Origin: Octopus bimaculoides
Taxonomy: Eukaryota
Reading direction: 5' to 3'
Length of the DNA: 63,865 nt
Assembly (NCBI RefSeq): GCF_001194135.2
Contig: NC_068985.1
Coordinates: 29,279,268 to 29,343,132 of the forward strand
In this document: positions 26,227-39,619 of the stretch, piece after piece
How the letters are laid out: every line of letters begins with the position of its first letter
Position numbering within the stretch: the first letter of the stretch is position 1
Translations under genes and position numbers: made by a program
The notes under the pieces: model-generated
What the model was told of the DNA's origin: nothing
Database searches by the model: none
Seen by the model: the letters and a program-made list of their open reading frames with translations, nothing else

Positions 26227-29200
26227 ATATATGTGTAGATACTAAAGCTATATTTGGGAATTTTTTTTTCTTCCTGTAATGGCTTGTAATTATAATTTCT
26301 TACACCCTTTCTGGTTTTGAGTAGCCTAGCTTCTTAAGAATGGTGTTGAGGTAATTAAGTCACATAACTGCAAGTATGGTTTTGAGTAAGAAGATACATG
26401 TTCAAACGATCTATTTATCTACACTTGAAGCTACAAAATTACTAATTTATATATAAGTAAAAAAATTACAATAAATATCATCAACAATTCTATGATTACT
26501 TATTCACTGACATTTAACTATTTCGAATATGTTTCATAAAAAGTGGTGATGTAAGCAGAACAAAACCTGAATGAAAATAACAGAACATTATAAATATGAC
26601 TTTTAAATGACTTGGCATAAAACAATACCTAATTCATTGATCAATACATGCAGAGTCAGATGACAGTGCACCAGCTCATGTTTCTACAAGTGTTGTTTCA
26701 CTAGAAAATCTATTTTTCCTACTTCAATATGTATTTTTCATTTTATTGTAATATAAGGTCTGGAGATTTTTTTTACAGATTTTTTCACATTTATATATAA
26801 ACTGACTAAACTGTTGTTTGAAAATTTGGTATTTTTCTTAGAGCCAATGGTTCGATCATGAAGTAGTGCTGGAGCCCACTTCTTTCATAAAGCTTATCCT
26901 GTGAAAACAAAGCAAATTAATATGAAAAAACTTCAGGCTCATGAAATTCATCACTATTTCACATGCACGCACACACACACACACATTTCTTTCTTTTGAA
27001 TTTTCTTTCTATCTCTAAATGTTCCCAGTAGTTTTTAATTCATAATGTAAATGCAATATTTTGAAGTTAGATGCTATAATTGCTGACAACTGGGAATCAA
27101 GCTAACTAAGAGATGCACTATTGGGAATTTAAGGCGCTAGACTATTGATTGCAAAAATCATGAGTCCAAACACTATCTCAAGCATATTGCCCTTTCTCTA
27201 AGACACATTAGTCTAATGCCTGTGGCTACCAAACTACTTCTAGATATCCTCTATAGACATTACTAAATGTAATTTATCAGAAACAAAAATCTAACTTTTA
27301 ATTCACATGTAATTAGTTTTTCTCTTCACTTGTTGACTGAAGACTTACAGACATCTATTTTCAAAGAACACAGAGTTATGCCATATTGTATTTACTCTAG
27401 TGAACCATCTGTTAACAGATTACATACAGGAAAAAGTTCAAAGATAACATTTCTTGCAACATTATGTACAATAACAGTAAAGTTTTAAATAGTGAATATG
27501 TGCACATAACTCGATGTTGTTTTCACATGTAGCTTTTAATAATTCCCTAATTCATTTCACATGCCATCTAGACCAAACACAATACATCCCAATAAGCTTA
27601 CACCATTAAGCGCTCATATTTCACTAAAACAACAGCACAAAAGTAGGCCTTCTTAAAAAGGAAGAGCCCTGTTTGGAAATCAGTGAATCAGTATGCCCCT
27701 ATCTTATTTATCACTTCAAATATTTGACATAAGGTGAAAACTACATTTAATGTCAGCAAGGATTAGTTTACCTAGAAAACAAATTCAAATAAACCCAGTT
27801 CAACTCATTAGCAGATAATATCAACAACATTCCATTTACACTACTTGAATCATTTATTCACTTCTAGTTTTATTGAAAATGTCACTTCCCCATTTGAGCA
27901 GTGTGTTTACAGTATTAAGTTCCTATCACTCTATTTTCAATGTCTCAAACAGTAAATTTTGTGATGCAAGTTGGTACAGAAAACCATACATGTATCAAAT
28001 ACCTAAAATCAATTTTATTAATGAACACTGAATGCTTTCAAATAAGTATTCAGGTTACAGATTAATATCACCTACCGATTTGTTTCAATACATTAGGTTG
28101 GCTACTTTTCTTGTGCAAGCTAAGTATAATAATCTCCTATACCTGGCAAACACCTATAATATAGTGATGTTCACTAATTTTTCATCTCCTGAGCTATGCT
28201 TTTAACCAATTGAACATAGGTGGATCAGACTATATACTGTCTGTTACCATATCCTATATTCCATACACAAACACACACTGACACATGCACGTACACAAAC
28301 ACTCCTTAAAGTAGAAATACATTCACTAAATAGAAGTCTGATTCTAGTTCAAACTGGTGAGGATAATTAAAATAATAAATTAAATGACTAAACACAGTAA
28401 GAAGGAAATCAATAAACCAATAATAAGTACAATAAGAAATTTATGAAAAATTATGAAGGCAAACTAATTTCATTTGGACATTAGCCAGTTTCTAGCCATA
28501 TTGTAACAACCATAACAACCCAAACAGTAAGCAAGTAAATATATATATTTACATTCTTACACACTTACTTATACCACCTCTTCACACAAACGCATTCAAG
28601 TGAATGTTTAATGCTGCTTAATATAGAGTATGTAATGTTACAGTTATTGCAGTTTGTTGTACAGCTCTGGTCAGCCTTGATTGAGCACACCTAAGTATAA
28701 CTTAATCAATACAGATGAGTGTTTGTAATTAATGAAACTGGACACGTGAGAGTAAAAGGTAGGAATTAAAGAAAGCTTCGTGGAAAGATCACATAGGATT
28801 TGTTTCTGTTTACTTTAAGCTCCAACAATTGTAAGTCTCAGGCCTACTTGTTACTACATGATTGAAATAATGGGCTGATATACTAATTGTTTTTATTGAT
28901 AATTACTATTTCATATTCAAACATCTACTGCTGTTACCACTACCACCAATACCACCACAACAACTCAAAATAGTTTTGCATTAGATTTCTGAAGGAGCTA
29001 CTAACTCTTTTACTGTGGAAATCAGATATATCCAATCAAAATTTCACCACTCTTAGTTGCAGAAAGCAGTTTTATATAGCAATCTACCTTTCATTGAGGA
29101 ATGTTATGTTTGACACTGTTTTTTGTTGAGATATGTCAAGTTTATTAGGCCAACGTGAATAGCAGGAAATACCAATTCTATTCATTGGTAAATATTTAAC

Positions 29201-30166
29201 ACCATTACAGGAATAACCATGAAATTTAATTTCACAGTTAAAGGGTAAAGATATGTATATAGAGGGATTTATCAATACAAACACTTGTGTGCGTGTGTAT
29301 GTGTGTGCATTTTGATGAAGCTGGGAAACCTTACACTAGAAAAAAAATTAATTTCTTAACTCCAAAACTATCAAGAAAAAATATTAAGTTAAAGCAATAA
29401 ACTTTTGATGGTTCAAAAATATAATGGTAACGATAAGATATTCTGACATGAGACAGAGAAATGGAAACAAAGGACTTCATTTTGCATTTAATTTTCCAGT
29501 CAATAGTGAAACACCATATTAACAGCAATAAAATTTGTTCATATGAAGGCTTGAAAGCTGGAGAGATTAAATGAAATTAGTGTAACAAATATCGCATCAT
29601 GTCACAATTGGTGAAATTTGACAAGAAATTAGTCCAGACATGTCAGTATTATTTTTGTTTTATAGCGTTAGGAAAAGATAATTAGAGAGGATATAGTAAC
29701 AAAGAGAAATGTAAAAAAGATGAGTAAACCAATTGTTTGAGTAGAGAAAAGACCACACTTAGTAAGGAAGAGATTGCACTTAGTAGAATAGTGAAAAGAC
29801 AATAGAATTATTGGCTCAAAGCACAGAATCAGTTATTTGTAATGACAAAAGCAGCAAGTAAATGGTAGAGATCAATAGCAGATTCTAAAAGATTTCAGTG
29901 GTGTAAAACAAAATTTCTGAAGTTGGTGAACCATTCAACAGGAATGCAATATCCAGAGTAGATATGACCTCTTATACAAAAAAATCTGCTTGTTATCTCA
30001 AGAGTACACTGATTATTGACCAATTTGTAACACTGAGCATCAGGTGATCATTGTTACAAATTGGTCAAAAATTAAGTCATTTCTGTTTCAGAAGATGTAA
30101 TTTTAATTTATGCGCAAAACATAAGATTTTTGGGAACACTCCTCAAAGACGTTCAATCCTAATATA

Positions 30167-31332
30167 TTGGGTTGGCAACTAAGTTCCTACCGTCTTTTTA
30201 AATTTTGGAATTTATTGCGTTTTTAAATTTTGGAGTCTATATTTTTTTGAAAATTCTATTTTTGAATCATTTTGGAATCTATTTTGGGTTTTTTTTTTTT
30301 TTTCTAGTTAATTTTAGTTAATTTTTGTTTATTTTCAGATCATTAAAATGGAATGTCAAGTTAAGAAAAACGAGCATTTTCGACACCTCCTTTTTGCTTT
30401 TAATCAAGGTTCTAAGGCTGCAAAAGCTGCTCGCAACATTTGTGCTGTGTATGGAGAGGGTGCCATAGCTGAAAGAACCGCTCGTGATTGGTATGCCAAG
30501 TTCAAAAATGGAAATTTTGACCTCAAAGATGCACCTCGTTCTGGCTGTCCAGTTGAGTTCAATGAAGAGCGATTAAACCAACTTTTGCACAAAAATTCTC
30601 ATCAAACAACAAGGGAACTGGCAGAGAAAATGGAATGCTCCCATACTGCTATAGAGAAGCATCTTCACTCGATGGGAAAGGTTCAATCTCCACTGATTTG
30701 CTTGCTCGTCACCACTCAGGCAACAAAAAATAGTGCCTGTACATCAATAGGAAGCAGCGTAAGGAATGGCTTAGCCCCAGTAAACAAGCAACACTGCGCG
30801 TGAAACAAGATCTTCATCTACGTAAAACGATGTTGTGCGTATGGTGGGACTGGGAAGGGATTATCCATTACGAATTGTTTGAACAATAGATTGAACAACT
30901 CAATACGGCTATTCAAGAGAAAAGACCTAATCGGCAGCATGGAGTTCTTCTGCTGCACGACAACGCCTGCCCTCATATTGCCAATATGACCAAGGAAGCC
31001 ATTCAAACGCATGGCTAGGAAGTGTTGCTACACCTGCCATACTCTCCTGATTTGGCACCAACGGATTTCCACCTCCTTCGATCTCTTTCAAATGCTATGT
31101 GTGGAGTTTCTTTCAATTCTGATGCAGACTTGAGAGCTTGGTTGGATCAATTTTTCGAGTCGAAATCGGGCAATTTCTACCAGTGAAGTATTGAAAATAT
31201 TGTTGAACGTTGGGAAGAAGTTGTAAACAACAAGGGTGAATACATTATTGATTAATTAGTTGTTATTTTTTTATTAAACCTTTTAAAAACTTTAAATTAA
31301 AAAAAACGGTGGAAACTTATTTGCCAACCCAA
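30167..31332 (+). mobile_element. Mariner (Tc1/mariner, mellifera-like subfamily) DNA transposon, non-autonomous and decayed
   Basis: TIRs TTGGGTTGGCAACTAAGT... and ...ACTTATTTGCCAACCCAA, with TA on both flanks. Encloses a broken transposase. Confidence 0.93.
30348..31255 (+). pseudogene. Mariner transposase pseudogene
   Basis: N-terminal HTH region (EHFRHLL...AVYGEGA...W.AKFKNGNFDLKD.PRSG.P), CVWWDWEG, HDNA and YSPDLAPTD motifs are present. WVPHEL is deleted, the first catalytic D motif reads GNKK*, and there are several stops and frameshifts. Confidence 0.92.
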
Positions 31333-31710
31333 TATAAGGCTTAGCAGTGTGAGTGTACATGTATTTGTATAAAGGTATTTCCAACTGGAACCTTTCTTAC
31401 TGCTAATAGCCCAAAATAGAGTAGAAGTTTAGGTAAACTAAAACAGGCAGAGCTGTGCACTTTTTCCAGGAACACAATAGCTGTTGACAGAACAGAACTC
31501 AAGAACAAGTGGTCAGTCATCAAGTAAATTAACCTTAAAAAATGTTGCTTCTCAGTGCTCACAGACATACAAATATATGTATGCACACATACATGTTATG
31601 TCAGGTCTATTTCAACTCTTCAAGTTCTGCTGACATTAAAGCCGTTTACATGCATTATGATCACAGTATGAACAGTATGAAGTATTTTGTTTGGACTCAC
31701 TCTCACTTTA

Positions 31711-31807
<97 letters not shown>

Positions 31808-32207
31808 GTGCATAGATATGTGATATGGTTTACATAAGCGTCTAATACACCCGTGTGGTAAAGTATAGAGTCTGGTACAGTTATCTACACATTCAAACAA
31901 ACAAAAATATATAACATGCACATATAGTCAGGTACATAATTCCATGTTACCAAAATCTTTTCTTGTGCAAAGGCGAAAGAGAAGAATCGTACCTGTTTCC
32001 TCTGAAGGGCATTTAACAGGGTTACGACAAGATGGTAGACCTTCACCGTCTTCAGTGTGCATGAAAAAAATGAAAGAAGAAAAAAAAGAAAAGATAGCAA
32101 ATAAAATTATGCCTGAGTGCAGTGCAAGCCAATTTTAAATCTTGATTAGAATGAAGCAAATGGAAAGGAGAAATAATAATGTGGTCCTCAATGATAAATT
32201 GACTAAC

Positions 32208-32379
32208 CATCACTCTCTTCTGTGGTATCTCCAAAGTCTGTTAATGGCTCATCCCCATTAACAATGGGATCCTGGGAAGGCTCAAAGGCATCATCAGTAG
32301 CAACGAGATCAGTATCATCAGCATTTGTAATGGATTCTGTTTGAACCACATGCTGATCGGAGGAATCAGTTGGACAGTC
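32208..32379 (-). CDS. GRAMD1: GRAMD1/Aster exon: acidic linker upstream of the VASt domain (DCPTDSSDQH...DTTEESD-G)
   Basis: ttccag acceptor, GATG|gttagt donor, 172 nt, phase 0 to 1. Splices in frame to the 21380 exon. Its position and ...EESDG|E ending resemble the vertebrate GRAMD1B ...THDEG|E junction as I recall it. Confidence 0.85.
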
Positions 32380-35230
32380 CTGGAAAAGATAGAAACAAAG
32401 CAAAACATTTATTGGTTAGTTGGTACTCAAGAACCAGTTGTTTATATCAGTTACTGCTCAACCTGATCGTATCTTAATTGGAGACATAGCTCTCTTTGAC
32501 CTCTTAACAACTTAATCTGTAAACAAATTAATGTTAAAAATATTTCAGAAACTATTTTTGAATTACACATACTTCTAAGAGTGCCACATGAATTATATTT
32601 TTTAAAAAAATCTTTTTCTCTGACCATGTTTTACATTTAATAAATATACATTTGTCCAGACTATTAACCTGTATATTCACGATACTTACACCTACCATAC
32701 ATTTCAATTGGCTTGATTGCCAGTCCTCATTAAGTGTCATTATCATAGATATGTACCAACTGAATTTAATTGAGGAATCTTCAGGTCTTAGCCAAAAGTA
32801 TGTACACGTATCAGAGAATTGATGAAGAATACCATTACTTTAGAAATAGAGGTTCCTGAATTTAATACAATCTGGGGTTATATACATTTAGGAAGAGACA
32901 CCTAATGATGATCAGAAACCAAACTGATAGAAACTTGGTATACAGATGTAAGTATACACCCTGTAGATGAGATTAATATAATTATAGTCTTATGAAGAAC
33001 AGCCCATCTAGACAAGGTACCATTTAGATATTTACCTTATCTGGAAACATTTCAACTCCTTCATGAATCATATATAAAGAGATATTTTATAAGGATGGTA
33101 AACAAATAAGTGAAGAGGTAATGTTATAAAGCCAAAAAAAAAATCAATTTATTTTTCATATTTGAATGGCATAATTATCCATAATTCATCAAAATGATTT
33201 GAGTAACAGATGGTTTATTGTTTAAATGTGTTAGTTTCCTAATAGAGTAGGAAGTAATAACACTAAATGAAAATTCAATTATGGGTAGAAAAAACTGTAA
33301 TTAACTAAACAAAAAGCAAAAGCATTAAACAAAAAACAGATAGTAAAGAACTATTGATATCTTAGAATTAAACAAGTTGGAAGCTGGAGCTCATTTAATT
33401 TTGTTATTTTATGCAGACTTTCTGGTACAGCCAACCAAGCAAATATGAAGATAAAACTAATTCATTTGCTATTCAACATAATTAAGCAACAAAAACTCAT
33501 TAAACTATAATTACTGTTTCATTCCCCACTAGTACTTTTGTTTTAAACAGTTTCTACAAATAGGGAATGTAAGATCAAACAAGAGCGAAGTATTTAATAG
33601 TGACAATTAAGTATCGTGCATAATCAGTTTCCCTGAATCATTCTGAATTTTTCTTCAAATATTCTAAGACTTAAATTGTAAAACCCTTTTCTCATTTTCC
33701 TTCTTATGACAATCTCGTATTACTATCCTTTTTTGGGAACAAAGCAAGTAGAATTCTATTGGTGATTTTTAATTGCTAACGTATGTGACTATACAAAGTA
33801 AGAGTAGTTTTGTTAATGTTTACAAGCAGAAACTGATCTGATACATGAGTTTCATGCTCTACAAAAGTCAGAAAAAAAAGAAAAAACAAATTAAGTTTTC
33901 GAGTTGTAACAATTGTCAGAAAACTCATTGGTTGATGCTAAATCTATTTACAGATTCCAATATGCATTTAAATAAATTTAAATTGGATATGTTTTTCTAT
34001 AATGGAAAAAAAAAATTTGAAACATCTGCATGATGGCAACTTGACCCTAAATTTTGAAAGCCTGATATAATATTACTTGTAACTGCCATATTTCTCAACA
34101 CAAATCTATTTATCATTTTAACATCCCCTTTTCCATGATTGTAGGGCTCAGATGTAATTTGTTAAGACAGGTTTTCTATGACTGGACACCCTTCTTGTTG
34201 CCAACCTTCACCTGTTTCCAAGCAAGATAATGCTAGTTTATGATTAGACATGGTTTTACAGAAGATTAGAAATGAAAAGAGACCACATATATGACTGTGA
34301 TGCTCATTTACACTTGGTGTCAAGAAAAGGAAACATAAACACACACTAACCACTAATAACTAAACAGCCAAAGTGTTTCAATTAATTTTCATGAAGACAT
34401 GGGAGTGGTTTAATAAATTGTAATTTGATATATTGTTATACTATGGCAGTGTTGACCAACTGAAATAGCATTATATCATTAATGCTATAAATGAGATTTT
34501 AATTCAAATATACTTCAGCACAGCCTACACTGTTGCAGTGGCTAAAACAAAGATTTCAAGTAGGTGGGTTGGGTTAAGTGATACAAGGAAAAACACCATA
34601 AGCAACAATGCCAGTAATTCATATATATATAAATTTGCACAGCAATCTCTATTTTTCAATCATTTGTCCATTTCTAATATCTAGCAAGGAAAGAATGGTA
34701 TTTATAAAGTGAGGGGTTTTGCATATTGGAGATATTGTTTTTATTACTGCATACCCTTCCTATTACTAACTAACTACTCACTAAAAAAGTAGAAATAGAG
34801 CCTGCATTGTTAGCAAAATAGGTTGATGAAGGAAGAATTACCCAGTTGATAAGTCATGTTCTATCAAAAGGAAAAAAAGAAAGAACTCCAAACAAATTAG
34901 GTCAAAATTTTATGGCCATTTTCCATGCACTGTCTTTCATTTTATTTAAATCTGTACCTCAGAGTTTAAATATTCTAGAATATATTTTAATGAAATAAAA
35001 TAAAAATGCCATCCTCAAAATGAGAAGCTGATAGCATTTCATTTCATTACAAAATATATTTAATAATATATTCTAATAAATATATATATCATCATCATCG
35101 TTTAATATATATATTTATTAGAATATATTATTAAATATATTTTGTAATGAAATGAAATGCTATCAGCTTCTCATTTTGAGGATGGCATTTATATATATAT
35201 ATATATATATATTGATGATGATGATGATGA

Positions 35231-35289
<59 letters not shown>

Positions 35290-35292
<3 letters not shown>

Positions 35293-35630
35293 GTAACGAC
35301 CCCTTCGGTCATGAATGACCATGGGATTGCACCTAAAATGTTTCTCTCTGAGGCACAAGTCCAGGCAAGGTTGTTTATGGAATACCAGCTGTTGCCCATG
35401 CATACCAGCCTCCCCTTTTATTGCCATCGATGTTATCCAAGGGAAAAGCAAAGGCTGATATAACTTGGCACCAGTGATGTCAAAATTCATTTCTACAGCT
35501 GAGTGAACTGGAGCAACATGAAAATAAAGTGTCTTGCTCAAAAACACAAAACACAGCCAGGTTTGAGAATCAAACTCACTACCTCATGATTGTGAACCTG
35601 ACACTCTAATCACGGAGACATACATAAAAT
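35290..35630 (-). mobile_element. tRNA-derived SINE family E
   Basis: Minus-strand head with gagtttgattctc B-box-like motif and ttgagcaagacactttatttcatgttgctccagttcactcagctg body, shared with the copy at 58255-58527. Confidence 0.78.
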
Positions 35631-35915
35631 TAACTATCCATTCAAATTTATGATGAATTAATGCTAATAAATTGACTGGTTTATTAAAAGATGTTAGAAA
35701 ATAACTAATATTATAAGTCAAAGAAGAATCTCCACTTTTGTTTCATTTGTATGGATTAGATGAAATTCATTAACCCAGGTTTCTATGGTCAAATACTTTT
35801 CCAGTCCTTCAAACAGCACAAATGCAGAACATGTTTACACAGAAGATTGCAAATAAAAGACATCTCGTGTATGAATGACATTTGTTTATAATTAGCACAA
35901 GACAAGAGAGCATGA

Positions 35916-35946
<31 letters not shown>

Positions 35947-37299
35947 TCATCGTCATTTTAATGTCCACTTTTCCATGCTTGAATAAGTCACATGAAATTC
36001 ATTGAGATAAATTTTCTATGGCCTGTCATCAACCCTCGCCTGTTTCGAAGGAATATTTCCCCTTAGCTAGGGCAAGACAAGAAAGGAATGACACTGCTTG
36101 GATGATGGTGACACTCACATACAACTATCATTCAATATGAAGACAAGGAGACATGAACACATGTGGACAGATGGGGTCACACACACACACACACACACAG
36201 CTTCTTTCAGTTACCATCAACCAAATACACTGAAGGCTTTGGTCAGCCCTGGCTATAGTAGAAGACACTGGCCCAAGATACCTTGCAGTGAGACTAAAAC
36301 TGAAACCATGTGGTTGGGAAGCAAACTACAGTGCTATGCCTACACCCAGAAGAAGAAGAAAGAGTAAAATTCTTTCAGCTCATGTTTTGAACTATTATTT
36401 GCAGATATAGATTCAAAATTAAATTTAGAGGCACTTGAGACATAGATGTAATGCAAACACAAAAACTAAAGTCATCTCCCTAAACATCTACTGTAACCAA
36501 AGTACAGAATACTAATATTTGATACATTTCACCCAAAGACTAGTACATGTCTCACTTAATTTCAAACTATTCACAATAAACATTACCTGATATTTCAATC
36601 ATCTCACTGTCCAAACTCTATTCATTCACCGTAATTTAATAAATCAGTCATCTTTCTACAGTTTGGCCACAGTTTACAATAGTGAAACATAAACTTTGTC
36701 GGCAAGGTTGTATAAATCAATGAATGTGAAGTCTCTTAGTAATTAATGTATAGAGAATTGTCGGTATCTTTTTATAACCAACAAGTTCTGGAACATGTAG
36801 TTGTTTGCAGCACTGATAAAGCCCCTATACAAATATTTACCTGATATTTTATCAATTTATATCAGTCCACCTATTAATATTATTATATGAATAATTTCAA
36901 ACACAAGCACATGGCCTCAAATATGAGGAGAAAAACAGTCTGTTGAATTGACACTAATACTTAACTGGTACTTATCTCATTGAACTTCGAAGGATGGAAA
37001 GTAAACAACGACTCTGCGAAGATCTGAACTAACAAAGTCATGGCGTGTAATCATATACCACAGAATACTGTTTATTGCTCTACTGGTTCTGATAGTTATT
37101 TCTAACATAGGTAGAAGTTTAACAATTTTGAAGAATGAATATACACTCAGCTTACATCCTTGCCTCCACAACTAGAAAAATGTAAAGCAAAGCAGATTTC
37201 AATAAGATTTGAATTAAGAATATACCTGCAATGCTGCCAAACGTTTTTTTTTTTCTTTCAGTAATCTACTGATTCTACAATCCGCTATGTTACTACTAT

Positions 37300-37346
<47 letters not shown>

Positions 37347-37744
37347 TCAAACTAGAAAAATTTAAGCAGAACAAGAACAGCATCAACTTCACTTGTCAAG
37401 GTAGTCAACTGAAAAAGTTCAAAAGGAATTGAGTTTGTCAAGAATAGGAGCTAAAAAGTGCTGGAAATGAGAAGTTGAAGATAATGGAGAATGGAATAAA
37501 AAATATTTTCAGAATGAACTTATTGAATATAGAAATCATTTCTGTCGATATTTGTCACCTACTTTCTCCACCAATCATCTCCTTTCTGTGCCTTCTCTCA
37601 CCTCCCTGTGTTGCCCTTCATCAGAAATATCTCAGTTATTTTCACCTTTGATGCTTTCACATATCTACTGCAACCCCCACCATCAAACCCCTTCTATATT
37701 ACACACCTTCATATCCTCCAGTCACCTCATCTTATTTCTTATTT

Positions 37745-37970
37745 CTTTACTGCCCACAAGGGGCTACACACAGATTGGACAAACAAGGACAGACAAACGG
37801 ATTAAGTCGATTATATTGACCCCAGTGCATAACTGGTACTTATTTAATTGACCCCGAAAGGATGAAAGGCAAAGTTGACCTCGGCAGAATTTGAACTCAG
37901 AACGTAAAGAAAGACGAAATACCACTAAGCACCTCGCCCAGCGTGCTAACGTTTCTGCCAGCTCGCTGCT
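37745..37970 (-). mobile_element. tRNA-derived SINE family C (body gcctttcatcctttcggggtcaattaaataagtaccag, resembling Nin/Deu-type SINE domains)
   Basis: Head gagctggcagaaacgttagcacg...ctgagttcaaattc. Decayed copies at ~12380-12540(+), 15540-15720(-), 36950-37070(-), 39070-39170(-), 55590-55720(-) and 57200-57320(+). The domain assignment is from memory. Confidence 0.8.
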
Positions 37971-38229
37971 AGTCACCTCATCTTGCCCACTCACTCACCC
38001 TAAGCCTCTATATCATCTCATCCATTCAATGTCTCTTGAGAGCATGTTCCAACACATCTTCCCTATCACCCTCTTTATCTTACTCTTCTAACTCACTCTC
38101 CTTCGTTTTCCAACTGGGGTATCCAAGACACTTATAATCTGTCCCTCTGTACCTTAACTCTCTCAACTGGCACAAAGCTACACCCCCCCCCTCAATACTA
38201 CTCTCCCCTCCCAGTTGAGGGGCTTTTAG

Positions 38230-38474
38230 TTTTGCAAGGTACTTGGTGATCCAGTTGGTGCTGGTGACATGTAAAAAGCATTGGTACTGGTGCCACATAA
38301 AAGGCACCCAGTACATTCTGTAAAGTGGTTGGTGATATGAAGGGCATCCAGCTGTAGAAACCATGCCAAAACAATGGAACCTGGTGCAGCTCCTGGCCTT
38401 GCCCAGCTCCTGTCAAACCATCTAATCCATGCCAGCATGGAAAACAAATGTTAAATGATGATGATGATGATGAT
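38230..38474 (+). mobile_element. SINE family A copy
   Basis: Core motif plus (GAT)n tail. Confidence 0.82.
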
Positions 38475-39366
38475 ATCAATTACTAATAAGCCACAAGTCT
38501 ATTTCCTCCACTTCAAATTATGAAGCACTGTACTGATATTAAACAGTAAAAATCTAAATTTTTTTTTCCTTAATTGCACAACAGAAACAAAAAAATTCTT
38601 CTACACCTCTAGTATGACAAAAAGAAACTAGTATGTTAAAAATGAGAAAATGGCACATTAAAAACAATATTGACAGCACATTGGCTGAAGAGCCAAGCAC
38701 AAACCATTTATTGCTTATACAGCAACTGAACACATTTAAAACTTGTTATAAATGCATCTGTATGCAATTTTATTATTTTGCATGAAATGGGAAAATGCCA
38801 AAAAAAAAAAAAAGCTACATTATTAAACTGTTCAGTGTTCAGTGTTGGATTATTAGAAAATGGGAGTTAAATGTATAAAAAAAGGAGCTAGATTTAGCAA
38901 CAAAAGAGCTAAATTGGCAACACAGCTTGGGAGCTCTGCCACATCTGCTTACAAAAAAATGGTAAAAAAAACTACTACCAGTACTACTGTTGCTACTACT
39001 ATTACCACCAATAAAATTTTCTAACAGATACATGATCAGATATTTGTGAGGAGAGAACAGTGAATTAAATCAATCAATAACAGTACTTGAGTGGTACTTT
39101 AGTTTATCAACCCTGGAGGAACAAAAGGCAAAACTTATTCCAACATACTCTGAACTAATAACACAGAATGACATTAAAATACCACCAGGAATTTTGTCCA
39201 CTAAACTACCGATTAAATCCCAGAATATATGTAAGTGTATCTATACATATATACAATTATATAGACACACACAAACGTGAATATATATATTCACACATAC
39301 ACTTATTCTCTAGCAAGAACTGTGTTGATAGTCACCACAAAGTTTTGGCCTGCTTAGCCTTCATTG

Positions 39367-39415
<49 letters not shown>

Positions 39416-39619
39416 CGCAAACATGCACATATATATATATATATATATAATATAATATAGGATAAAATCTTTATAAGAATTTATCAAGTAGTCAGCGTGA
39501 AAAAACTCATAATGAAAAAAAAACTCAGCATTTTTTTCCATAAATATATATAATTTATATAAGGGCATTAACTATATAGTAATGCCTCACGCTTTGAGAG
39601 ACTAAATAAGTCAAAAACT

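Noticed and set aside
36840-36870. 30-nt minus-strand segment with AG/GT boundaries
   Set aside because: Stops in all three frames; it could only be UTR, and nothing else supports it.
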